A stretch of DNA of 64,000 nt from Eledone cirrhosa. Its lineage: Eukaryota. Below the pieces are notes generated by a model. It searched no databases and had not been told where the DNA came from. It worked only from the letters and a program-made list of their open reading frames with translations. Every line of letters begins with the position of its first letter. Positions within the stretch are counted from its first letter, which is position 1. Below, piece after piece: positions 1 through 38,404 of this stretch. The DNA lies in contig OZ024746.1 of NCBI GenBank assembly GCA_964016885.1, forward strand, positions 10,478,001 to 10,542,000, given 5' to 3'. Made by a program: the position numbers and the translations under genes.

Positions 1-125
1 TTTATCGAGTATGTTTGAGTGTGTATATTAAAAAAAGTTACAGACAGATATATAAATAAATATACAAACGCACGTGGTGGGTTATAGTGGTTTCTTCTAT
101 TTATTTTTAACCTTTTCTTTTATAG

Positions 126-26590
<26,465 letters not shown>

Positions 26591-27506
26591 TAAATATAGT
26601 TATGCTTTTTATCATCAACTTTGTCAAATTGTGTTGTTGATATATTGAAGTCTGATTAAATTGTTACATGTACATTTAATGAGAGTCCAATTGAAATACC
26701 GGCAATGGCAGCTAATAACAGCATGCAAGTTCTCATTGGTTGCCCTGCTCTATTTTTTCTTTGTTTTGTTTCTTTCTATATTTTCTTATATTTTAAAGTT
26801 AATTTTATTTATATAGTTTTGTTGCTTTTAGATTTTGTTTTAAATGCTTTCATAGTTTATATTTTTTTTAATTTATATTTATCACAATAATAATAATAAT
26901 AATAATGAACTTCCATGGAAAGTTATAAAATTATTGGCAAGCATTTTTAATGACTTTTCTGAAGTGAAGTCTGTTTACATTTTTTTTTTTTTTTTATTCA
27001 ATATGAAATAATTTTCTAAATCTTTCTTTTTGCTAAACAAAAAAAAAAAAAAATGCATTTTCGATATTTTTCTGACTATTATCATCATTTTATTTTAGCA
27101 AATACGTCATTGATTTAATTTTAAAAAATAATTCTTTATCGGAAATTAAGTGTAGAAGACATTTCATATTTCTTTTATTTACCTTATATATCAACATTTT
27201 AATATTATTTCTTATTTATTTTTTTTTTTTATCAAAGATTACATTTCGATGAAATTTCATTTGATTTCCCCACAGTAATTTTTTTTTAATTTTCAAAATT
27301 CTAAAATAAAGTTAAAATTTTAAGATAAATTTGCTAATTATAATTATCGTCACCAGGGCATGGCCAACGTATTTTTTTTTTTGACCTTCATGCAGCCATA
27401 TCATAAGATGCAGCTACCAATGCCTAAAAATATGCTGCCCAGAACAAACCTTGTAACCAAATTGTATATATATATAAGGTACTCAATACATTAGTAGAGT
27501 GTAAAC

Positions 27507-27654
27507 ATCATGTTTAATATAGAAATGGCTTCTACAGGACTAGAACAGTTTCATTTAAAAAAAAAAAAAAATCAATCACAAGGGCTTTCTTGATGATTCC
27601 TTTTGAATGAAACAGTTCTAGTCCTGTAGAAGCCATTTCTACATTAAACATGAT
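27507..27654. repeat. Inverted repeat, 54-bp arms (3 mismatches), in the probable HELZ 3' UTR
   Basis: 27507-27560 versus 27601-27654. Confidence 0.88.
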
Positions 27655-27779
27655 TTTTTATATATATATATATCATTGGACTTTTGCTGGCCAACTTATC
27701 AAGATAATTGGAGGAAATTTTGATATAGTGACTTGTAAAATTTCACTCCAAATTTTTTCTATAAACTTGTTCTTTATTG

Positions 27780-28089
27780 GCTATATATATATACATACTT
27801 GTATGTATGTGTGTGTGTATATATATATACACACACACACACACACATTTATTGGCTATATATATATACATGTGTGTGTATATACACACACACATACATT
27901 TATTGGCTATATATATACATACTTGTATGTGTGTGTGTGTGTGTGTGTGTGTATGAATATATATATATATACACACACACACATTTATTGGCTATATATA
28001 TACATGTGTGTGTGTGTATATACACACACACATACATTTATTGGCTATATATATACGTGTGTGTGTATACACACAAACACACACACATT

Positions 28090-28125
<36 letters not shown>

Positions 28126-28594
28126 TATACATTCATATATATGTGTGTGTGTATATATATATATATATCTCACATTTATACATATATTTACATTTATATG
28201 TATATTTGTAAGTTTGAGTATATATATCTACAGAATCACACTTTTTTCAGTTAAGGGCATTTTAAATCATATATATCTTGTAAATTCCACCACCCACGTT
28301 TCAAACTATCTTTTTGGATTATTTAACTTAAAAAATATTTCTCTGAAAATGGGATACTTATCCAAATATTTCTTTTTTATTGGTGGATTTGTGTGTCAAT
28401 TCTGTAAGAGAATCTCTTTGAAATGGTTTATTGACAAGATGCTTTTAACTTTGTACGGTTGTTGATTATATTCTATGATTCTTGTCAGTGTAAACCCATG
28501 CACAGTAACTGTTAAAAGTTTAGGGATGATATTTACAGGAATTTCTTATAATAAAAAAAAAGTATATATATATGTGTATGTACGTATGTATGTA

Positions 28595-28628
<34 letters not shown>

Positions 28629-28908
28629 ATATGTATATATATATATGTGCATATATATATATATATACACGTATATGTATATATGTGTGTGTGTGTGTGT
28701 ATATATATATATGTGCATATATATGTAAGTATATGTATATATATGTGTGTGTATATATATATATGTGCATATATATGTATATATATGTAAGTATATGTGT
28801 ATATATGTATATATGTGTGTGTGTATATATATGTCTGTTTGTATATATATATATGTATGCATATATATATATATGTATATATATGTGTGTGTGTGTGTTA
28901 ATATATAT

Positions 28909-28975
<67 letters not shown>
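27780..28975. repeat. Compound (TA)/(TG)/(CA) microsatellite region
   Basis: Direct reading; includes a repeated tttattggctatatata unit. Confidence 0.85.
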
Positions 28976-28978
<3 letters not shown>

Positions 28979-30257
28979 GTGGGTGGAGGGATGGAAAACA
29001 AAAAAAAAAGACTTAAGAAGCAAAGGAAAAAAGAACAACAAAAAAAAAATCATTGCATATTTTTTAAAAGAGCTATTTGTCTTATTGTTTCCGTAGCAAC
29101 CATATTACATTTTGGTATTGTAAAAATCCATGACAAAATGCTAATATATTTTCTTCATTGTTTGGTTAAGTACAAAATAAGTCGTTAAAACGGCTTTGGC
29201 TGAATCAAACGTTTTGCACCTTTTTTTCTTGCTGTTAGTAGCAATAGTTTATATATGTCTTTGTATGTGCATTGACAGGGTTCCTACACCAAAGTCTATG
29301 CTGCAGCCTAGTTTTGTTGCCTTGTAGAATGTTTTTCCAAATGTCAGTTTCTGTTGAACAGGAACATCTGGAATAAAACTCATATAAGACACTATTTCTT
29401 CTGTGTTGACTTATATTTCTGTGCATATGTATGTGTATATGTGTACGTACTAATTATTATTTTAATAGTTGTTATATTTGTGTGTGTATATATATGTGTA
29501 TGTAATATTATTTTAACAATTGTTTATTTCATGCTGCCATTAGTTGGATTAGTCTGAAATATGTCTCTAAGGTGCATCATCTCACATTTGAGACATAACA
29601 TTGTCAAATCTACTTTAACCCTTTTGATATCAACCTACCCCAAACCTTATTTAGTTGTATGAAACAAAACCATCCATTTTAAAGGGTTCCTATTTCAATT
29701 AAAATCTTCCAATATAATTTAATGTAAAGGGTTGTAACTAAATTACTGTATGCACTCATATACAAGTCTCAGTGGGAGATAATTCATATTCCCTTCTTCT
29801 TTGCTTGCCTATCTATTCCTGTGAGGGTTGTGGGGCAGAGTTATCAAGCATATCTTCCAGTGGGTCCTGTCAGAGGCAATTTTCTCCAACCAATCTGGAT
29901 GGATCCCAAATTAGACTGCCAAGCTTATGGATGTTATCCAATCATCTTTCTCAGGGTCTCCTGCTGGTTTGTTTTGCTCATAAAATCTGTCCAGCAATTC
30001 TTTCTTGAGATATTCTGACCACATGTCCATAGTATCGGAGCTGTGATCTCTCAATTTGGAGTGACTCACTGGTCCTCAAGCTATGCACTCTCTTCAGAGG
30101 AACTTTTTTTTAGCCGCTTATATTTGTAATGGTTTGAAGATTATGAACAGAAGATATGAAACCCCACTTGTACGTTAAATTTGTAAAATGACTGAGATTA
30201 CCAAAATGGAATAATTTACACAATTTGAGGACAAACAGTATTTTAGTTCTTCATCTT

Positions 30258-30292
<35 letters not shown>

Positions 30293-30465
30293 TACTTATC
30301 CTTTCCATCCTTTCCATAAAGACATGTTACAGCATAGCTATAGAAAAAAAATTCTGCACTCCTACCATCACTCACCACTCTCTCTCTGTCTCATGTACAC
30401 ACTGACACGATCTTTCTAAAATGTGAGATTAAAGAAGTTCAACACTGCTTCTTCTACTGCTGCTG

Positions 30466-30498
<33 letters not shown>

Positions 30499-30574
30499 AG
30501 ACAATCTTATATCCTTTCTAGCATGTGTTACAGTTTTTGTATAATAGATAAGGTATTATTAATATATGTCTGCA

Positions 30575-30775
30575 TATGGGCAGTATCGGTAGAGCGTCGG
30601 ACGCTATGCTTTGAAGCATAGAGTTACCTCCCTGTATGATCTGAGTTCAAATCTCGCCGAGGTGCTTTTCATCCTTATGGGGTCGATAAAATAAAGTACC
30701 AGTCATGCACTGGGGTCGATTTAATTGTCTTTCCCTTCCCTCAAAATTGCTGGCCTTGTGCCTAAATCAGAAATC
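30575..30775 (+). mobile_element. SINE family A inserted in a coding exon
   Basis: 17-bp TSD ATTAATATATGTCTGCA at 30558-30574 and 30776-30792. Confidence 0.92.
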
Positions 30776-30952
30776 ATTAATATATGTCTGCAGTCTCTCC
30801 TTGATAACATTAATTTGCTCCAGAAGAGTATCCAAAGTAACTATTGTAAACCATCGACGAAGGCTGAAGGGAGTACCGTTTGGAACCAAGAGGTTGTCAT
30901 CTACTTCCACACTGTCATGAGGAGTTGAACTAATCTGAAGTGTATGAAGAAT
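30767..30952 (-). CDS. Terminal coding exon (ILHTLQ...FSLRRWFTIVTLDTLLEQINVIKERLQTYINDF*)
   Basis: tatttccag acceptor, phase 0; the stop codon is supplied by an inserted SINE. Confidence 0.8.
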   Translation of the reverse strand: MLHTLQISSTPHDSVEVDDNLLVPNGTPFSLRRWFTIVTLDTLLEQINVIKERLQTYINDF

Positions 30953-33542
30953 CTGGAAATAATATAAATTCAAAATCAAATATCGTGTTTCATTAAAATA
31001 TTCTGATTATATCATTTTATTAAAGTAATACATACTACTATTATAGCACCTTTAAATCAACACTATCTTTTGTTCTTCAGCATACTAAGTACTAGCTATA
31101 AATTCTATCCTATATTAAATATATAAAGTGGCCACATATGTGTCACAACAAAAAGCGCCTAGTCCACACTGTAAAGTGGTTGTTTTGGTGTGCCAAGATA
31201 AAAAGCATTCAGTACACACTGTAAATGTGATTAGTTTTAGGAAGGGCATCCAGCTGTAGAAACCATTTCAAAATCAGTTCTGTATGAACAAGACGCAGTC
31301 ATCTGATCTAGCTTGTCTCAATGGGTCAGCTCATCGAACCCATGATAATGTGCAAAAATGAATGTTAAATGGTGATGATGATGATGGTTTAGTAGATAAA
31401 CTGAAAAAATGTAGGGTAAAAAGGACTCTTTGGTGCTGTCATGGACTTGACAACCTCTCTATTTTTGTACCACGATGAAGCACATTTCAAACATTATTCA
31501 GTCACATCATAGACACAGCAACCTCTTTTTGCTGGTGCCACAATAAAATGCACAAAGTACATAAAGCTGTAGAAACCATACCAAAAATGGTAGATACTTC
31601 AGTCATGACACAACCTCTTTAGTGTTGGTGCTACAGAAGCTCTTGTTGGTGAGAGAAAGAGCATCCAGTTGTAGAAACCATGCTGAAAAGGATTGGGAGG
31701 ATCTTTCAGCTGTATGAAGATCACAACAAACTCCAGTGTTGATGACGCAATAAACCACCCAGTACACTCTGTGAAGTGGTTAATGATGAGAAGGGCATCC
31801 AACCATAGAAAACTTACCAAACAAAGGGTAGAGAGGACTCTTAGTCTTGTCAAAGATATGATGACCTCCCTAGTGCTGGCACCACAATAAAATGCATCCA
31901 GTGTACTCTGTACTGTGCATAAACATGTGAAATGCAGCTGAAGCCCAACTGAGAGATGTACTTGGTTTGTGAGTGGCTCCAATTATGTACTGACATGGTC
32001 TATAACAATCCATCTAGCAGGGTAAGCAAATGTTAAATGATTATGATAATATAAGCTCAATGTTATGCAATTCACCCTTTACGCACAAAATTGCATTTTG
32101 CAGGAGGTGGCTGACAAGGAAGTTGGATGCTTTTGTTTGTTTGTCCCATGTGGCTCATTCTTTACCCCCAAGGGACTGAACAATAGTTGCAAAGCAAGTG
32201 TTTTAAGCATATTTAGTTATATAGAAAACAAATGAAAATTCTAACAGTGAATTCAACACACATTTGAGATTAACCATATAAAATCATTAAAATTATCAGT
32301 TATTACATAACATTACAAGAGTAAATTAAAATAACCATCAGATTATAATAACAATGCTTACCATTAGATTCAGATCAAGTAAGTATGAACTTACTTGTCT
32401 CAAATAACAATAGGATAAAGCATCTGAAGCTGGTATAAGATGAGCACAGGCAGCTGGATAAAGGCACGGCACTCCTATACTTATAGTAGCATCACATAGA
32501 CGCATGTATTCTCTCTCCTTTTGATTCTTCAGCAGAACAATATATCTACTGAGTGTTTCAGTTATATTGAACAGAGCCATCTATAAAGAAGATTTGAAAG
32601 AAGTCTTCTATAAAATACATCAATAGTTGTAGATTTTAATGTTATTGCTATTCAGAAAAGGAATTAATAGTGTAAAATGGCATGTACATACATTTAATAA
32701 ATCTGTTTGGTTGATAGTGATGTCCTCTGGAAGGTAGATTGAAGGCAAAGGAGTGTTCAGGGTTTTGCGTAACTTGTTACTTAATTCATGGCATCTCTTT
32801 ATAGATCTTATCTGTAAACACTGTAAAAGAATATATTACGTATTATGTCTTCAGTCTAAAAACCTACACATACATACAGACATGTAATATAGCAAAGGCA
32901 GACTGGCCACATGAGCATTTGAATAATGGTGAGTTACTGGACAGGCTGGACAACTCCCACCCACCAAAACAAAACAAAACAAAAATTAAAATAAAAACTA
33001 AAAAACCTGCTGAAATTATCCCATGAAAAATAGAGGTTATGACTGTTGTACCTAGATTGAAACCATGTTATAACTGAGCTGTGAAACCATGCTATAACTG
33101 AGCTGTGAAACCATGCTATATATGAGCTGTTAAACCATGCTATAACTGACTTGTTAAACCATGCTATAACTGAGCTGTGAAACCACACTATAACTGAGCT
33201 GTGAAACCATGCTGTAACTGAGCTGTATTAGTCAATCACCGACTCTATTGTATGCATGAAGAACACTGAACAAAGTGCACAAGTAGGTCTGTTTACTCCA
33301 GATTATAATTAAAATCATGAGGTACAAGTCAACAAGTTAGAATTTACTTCATTTATTGATAATCGCTGTTATATATATTTCGGTGATAACCGTTATGCAA
33401 CAGTTATGACCTCATCAGACAGCTAGAAATTGAACAGAAAAAAACAGAAAAACACGAAGAAGAAATAAAAATGGGTTCTGTTGTTTTGATTCATTGATAT
33501 ATCCCAGGTTGATATTTGGTGTTGCTTTCTCAAAGCACCGGT

Positions 33543-33637
<95 letters not shown>

Positions 33638-34351
33638 CCTTTATATGCATCACATGTCCATACCAAAGCAGGAGAGGAGATTGCGTTGGTATGGACATGT
33701 GATGCCTATGAAGGAGGACAGCTGTATAAAAAGGTGCAGAGCATTCAGAGTTAATGGAAGCCATGGAGTGGGCAGGCCTAAGAAGACTTGGGGATGAGGT
33801 GACCTTGCACAATTACATCTCTCGAAGTCGATGAATCAGGACCGTGATCTCTGGCGCTATGCAGTAATACGGAAGACCTGCCCTCCCATATGCAGGAGCT
33901 TAGGTATACATCACCTTCCTTCCCTTACACCTCCCTCGTTATAATCACCCAACTCCTATATCTACCTCCCCAATTGCCCATGCATCTCTCCCACCCAAGT
34001 CCCCAATTCACATCATAAAGTAGTCATCCTGGAACCACAACAAAATGCACCAGGCGCACTCTGTAAATCAGTTCTGTGTGAGCAAAACATGGACCTCCAG
34101 CCTGGCTGTCTCATAACGGAACAGCAAGTCCTACCCATGCTAGCATAGAAAATGGACGTTAAACGATGATGATGATGATGATATGTGTGTGTGTGTGTAT
34201 GCATTTAGATCGATATAATGCTAGATGCATAGAAGCCCCCCCCCCACATATATAGACTGTGCGACAGTTAGGTAGATAGACGCTGTTTCTGTAATCTTAC
34301 GGTTGCTAGATAGTTGAAGATAGCAGCAGCTGGTCTCTGACCTGTTTCTCA

Positions 34352-34382
<31 letters not shown>

Positions 34383-35030
34383 AATGGGAGGAAAATATAT
34401 CCGTTTCCTGAGGCTTCTTTTTTTCTTTCTTTTTTCTTTCCTTTATCATTTTATTTATGAATTTATAGACATATTTGTCCTTCTGAACGAATTGCGAGCA
34501 ATTTTTGGTGTTATTTATGTATTTCTTATGCTATTTATGTATATATTTAAAACATATTTGCAACTTTATTCTACTCCAAATTTATACGACTGTAATAAAA
34601 CTTTTCATTGAGAACCCCCCCCCCCCCGAAACTTGCAAGTACTCGGTTACACCTACACGTGCACACACAGTTTCAGTACCAGTTTATTAATGAGAAAGTT
34701 AAATCTCTTTAAATTCTTCATTACTTACAATTTTTATGAGAGTCACGTTTACAGCTGACGATACTATTTCTACAGTGTTCAATGCTGCCTGTATACCAAC
34801 TTTTAGATCAAATGTCGAACGTGGTTTTGTGGCTTCTATCGGTAATCCATAAACTAGTAAAGTCTGTTGGAGGTTCACCAACACCAACACCAAATTAAAT
34901 ACGCGAACTTATTAAAAACAAAAAAAAAAAAAAAAAAGAATGACACAATATAGGAAATTATAGCATGTTTCATCAAATGGTATTTTTTTCGTTTTTTATA
35001 TTTATGTTAATAAATGAATATATTAACTTT

Positions 35031-35061
<31 letters not shown>

Positions 35062-36393
35062 CACACACATACATACATATATCTATATTTATATATACAT
35101 AGCTGTACGACCAAGTGAGACAGGGATCAACAGGAAATGTGTTTTGTAAGAAGTATTCAGTAAGAAATTGTATTGTGTTTAGTGTAATTAAAATAAACGA
35201 GCAAAGTATACAATAATAATAATAATTGTTTCTACTTATGGCACAAGGCCAGCAATCACCCAATGCATTACTGGTACTTTATTCTATCGACCCCGGAAGG
35301 ATGAAAAGCAAAGTTAACCTCGGCGGGATTTAATAATAATAATAATAATAATAATAATGCTTTCTTTATTAACCACAAGGGTTTACATAAAGTAGACATT
35401 AAGGACAGTACAGGACAATACAGGACGGTACAAATGGGCATTTCTGCGAGTAAAAAAAACAGAGGATGTAATAAAAAAATAACAATGAAAAATTCCCCAA
35501 TAGGGGGGAGACTTCCGAGGGACATTTGTGGAGAAAGCCCATTAAAAGGTCACAGTGACCCTGACCACCAGGGCAAGTGCCCTCTCCCAGTTTTCCACCT
35601 TTAATTTAAAGACACATACTCAGAGTAGGCCCATTCACTCGGGCCATACTTGCTTCTCTCACCCATCTTTCAACAAAAATGCTGGGAAGAGAGCACTTCC
35701 CTCTCTACTCTGATTTTCCTTTTCAAATGAAATTTGAAAAAGTTAATCAGGGCATCACCGAAGAGGTAAGTGCTCGTCTTCAGCCCTTTCAAACATGTCC
35801 ACCATACTATCTCTTTCGCCATGGCCACCAGACAGATAAAAACTGCCCCTGCCCTTCCAGGCTAAAGGAAGGGGGCGGGGCAATCCTCACGATGGACTCA
35901 GCTAATAATAATAAAAATAATAACACCCATATCCCCCCCCCCCCGATCACAGAGAACTTCTAGTAATTTCCATGAATAAAAAGAAAACATTCAATAGCGC
36001 GCAATATTTTGAGAACACATTTATAAAATATCAATATAAAAGAATTATTATATGATACAATTGGTATGATAGAAAGTAATGAAAGCCTGTAAAGTAATGA
36101 AAGTCTGTAATATTTGACTTAAATTGATTTGATGTCATAAATGAAAAAAATATTGTTGGATTAAAGAAAAAGAATTTCTAGAAATACTTTTCTTTGCCTT
36201 TCCACTTTCCCTTTTTTTACCTATAATTTTCGATTTCTATGAAACTTGAATACAATAATTGTTTCTACTTTTGGCACAAGGCCAGCAAATACCCAGTGTA
36301 TTACTGGTACTTTATTTTATCGCCCCCGTAAGGATGAAAGGCAAAGTTTGAATCCAATAATAATCTAGAATAGAATTACTTACATGTATCCAT
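30767..36393 (-). CDS. Five-exon secreted protein, 226 aa, candidate long-chain four-helix cytokine (GH/PRL/IL-6-type gene structure)
   Basis: Exons 36393-36384, 34907-34729, 32811-32692, 32580-32395, 30952-30767 splice in frame via GT-AG with phases 1,0,0,0. Signal peptide MDTFRVFNLVLVLVNLQQTLLVYG|LPIE; sequons NVT, NQT, NIT, NGT. The gene model is well supported; the family call is inference. Confidence 0.75.
32395..32580 (-). CDS. Coding exon 4 (MALFNITETLSRYIVLL...YCYLRQ)
   Basis: ctttatag acceptor, caa|gtaagt donor, 62 open codons, phase 0/0. Confidence 0.82.
32692..32811 (-). CDS. Coding exon 3 (IRSIKRCHEL...PLPSIYLP...DLLN)
   Basis: tttacag acceptor, aat|gtatgt donor, 40 open codons, phase 0/0. 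Confidence 0.8.
33059..33226. repeat. 24-bp minisatellite, about 7 copies
   Basis: Unit gaaaccatgctataactgagctgt. Confidence 0.9.
33365..33423 (-). ncRNA. Minimal type I hammerhead ribozyme (Penelope-like element type)
   Basis: GCUGU-CUGAUGA-GGUcAUAACUGUU(gcau)AACGGUUAUcACC-GAAA-UAUAUAUA-ACAGC: intact core, perfect 5-bp stem I, palindromic stem III, AATAAA downstream. Confidence 0.75.
34729..34907 (-). CDS. Coding exon 2 (RVFNLVLVLV...VYG LPIE...VNVTLIKI)
   Basis: Poly-T tract plus aataag acceptor, att|gtaagt donor; hydrophobic signal core and amphipathic helix. Confidence 0.8.
35331..35975 (-). mobile_element. L1/Tx1-like LINE 3' end
   Basis: AKEIVWWTCLKGL...LINFFKFHLKRKIRVER; 3' UTR ends gtggttaataaagaaag-(ATT)n. 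Confidence 0.7.
36384..36393 (-). CDS. Candidate first coding exon (ATG GAT ACA T), phase 1
   Basis: acaaATGG context, t|gtaagt donor; completes the signal peptide in frame. Confidence 0.55.
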
Positions 36394-36759
36394 TTGTATG
36401 CTTTGAAAGGTAATAATAAAATATTAAGATATATATATAGGTGTGTGTGAGAAAGAAAAACAAAGAGAAAGGGAGAGGGATAGAGAAGGGGTAGGGAAGA
36501 GAAGAATGGAGAGAAAGAGAGTGAGAGAAAGGGAAAGAGAGAGTGAGAGAAAGGGTAAGAGAAAGAGAGAGTGAATGAAAGAGAGAAAGGGAAAGAGAAA
36601 GAGAGAATGAGAGAAAGAGAGAAACGGAAATAGAAAGAAAGAGTGAGAGAAAAAGAGAAAGAGAGAAAGGGAAAGAGAAAGAGAGAAATTCGGTTAGAGC
36701 CCCGCATCTCTTCTCGCTGACCTCGACACTTTTATCGGAGTGGCGAGGGAGTATGCAAC

Positions 36760-37850
36760 GTCAGTTTTGACGACATTGGATAGCAACATACCACTTTACC
36801 TGTCAGATATGGTGGCCTTGGCCTCCGACTGGCTTTGCCGGCGTTTCTTTTATCGGTAACCTCATGCCGCGTCCTCGTCAAAACATAATGGAACCCTCTG
36901 TGATCAGGGAAAGTGAAGCCGCATGTGAGACGTGGGACTTAGCCCAGTAGACGTCTCTCCTCCTTCTCCCCCTGCTGACGTCAAGTCCCCCCCCCCAAGC
37001 ATTTGGGATGCCATCCAGTGCAGCCTGGCCTCAGACAGGCTCACGCGCCAGCTCGACCAGCACCGCCTTGCCTTTTTTCGCGAGGCCTTCAAACCCCACA
37101 GTAGTGCCTGGTTCCATGCCTTGCCCTCCTTCCCCACTGGCACGCAGCTGGATAACGATAGCCCGCGTATCGGCGTTTCCCTGAGGCTTGAACTCCGGAT
37201 CTGCGAGCCACATAAATGTCGCTGTGGATCCAATGCCGGCCGCCCTCCACGCCATGCTGCTCTCAACGGGGTCATAAAGCATGGCTTAGCGCTGTAGGCT
37301 TCCCCTCCCAGCTCGAACCGGTGGGGCTGGACCGAGGGGACGGCAAAAGGCCAGACGGTATGACCATCTTCCCGTTTCCCTCGTCTGGAATGACACTTTC
37401 TCCAGCCGCAACCTGGTGCAGTCTGCGACTAACCCAGGTACTGCTGCACGTCGGGCTGAGGAGGCCAAACTCTCCAAGTACCGGTCACTCTCCGACAGGG
37501 TCGCGGTCGTGTCCTTGGCAGTGGAGACTTCTGGTGTCCTCGGCCCTAGGGCTACCTCCCTATTCACCACCATAGTCGCTGAGCTGGTTAGCCACAGGTG
37601 TGAGCCTCGCGAGTTGGAATGGCTCTTTCATCTCCCTAACCATCCTCCGGGGAAACACCTCCATTTTGTCCGCCGGGGCTGTGGGGAGGCCAGAACGTGG
37701 GACCCTATTTGCTCACCATACGAAGAGATGGGGAGGGCGAGAGAGATGGAGGCGATGACTGGGAGTTCGACTCTTCCACGTTCGGATCATATCCTTGTGG
37801 TTGGTTCATCAAGCCCTAGTGCAGTAATGAAATGTATGTAAAAATAATTA
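36760..37850 (+). mobile_element. CRE-clade non-LTR retrotransposon 3' part (RT thumb plus restriction-like endonuclease), frameshifted
   Basis: LPVRYGGLGLR, SAWFHALP, LRL..ICEPHKCRCG, RHAALN, EPVGLDRGDGKRPDG, AEEAKLSKY, LAVETSG; GC-rich island; short relative at 43385-43497. Confidence 0.8.
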
Positions 37851-37883
37851 ACCACATGAACAAGAGTAGCAATAGCAATAATA

Positions 37884-37920
<37 letters not shown>

Positions 37921-38154
37921 CGAAATCTGTCCACGCCTTGAACCTTGGGTGACTCCTAAAGGCCAAACTCTAGGTGTGAATAGGTTCATGCGTGGGCTAT
38001 CCTCTCGAGGTGGGAGACAGAAAGCGACAGGTATATAAAGCCTGTATATTCCCACGTTTTACACAGAGAGATCGGAGCAGTACGCTAGCAACAAGCTATG
38101 TAAAGATCACCGCTATCTACAGGCCACAGTGGTCTACAGTCAACTACAGACCAT

Positions 38155-38216
<62 letters not shown>

Positions 38217-38368
38217 ATGGTCGCAGACTACACCAGCCTCATGAACCAACAACAAAATAACATTGTCAACCTTCGCAACTCGTGGTAACTTGTTTATTGT
38301 TCTTTTTGACTGAAGTGAAGTAAACCTTTTTAATATAATCATTCTAACAACTTACTAATACCCTTCGT

Positions 38369-38399
<31 letters not shown>

Positions 38400-38404
<5 letters not shown>

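Noticed and set aside
27650-29188. Long YI/HT/CV-rich ORFs here and at 39213-39947, 41469-42813, 44031-44342 and 57860-58377
   Set aside because: Stop-free translations of simple di-, tetra- and hexanucleotide repeats
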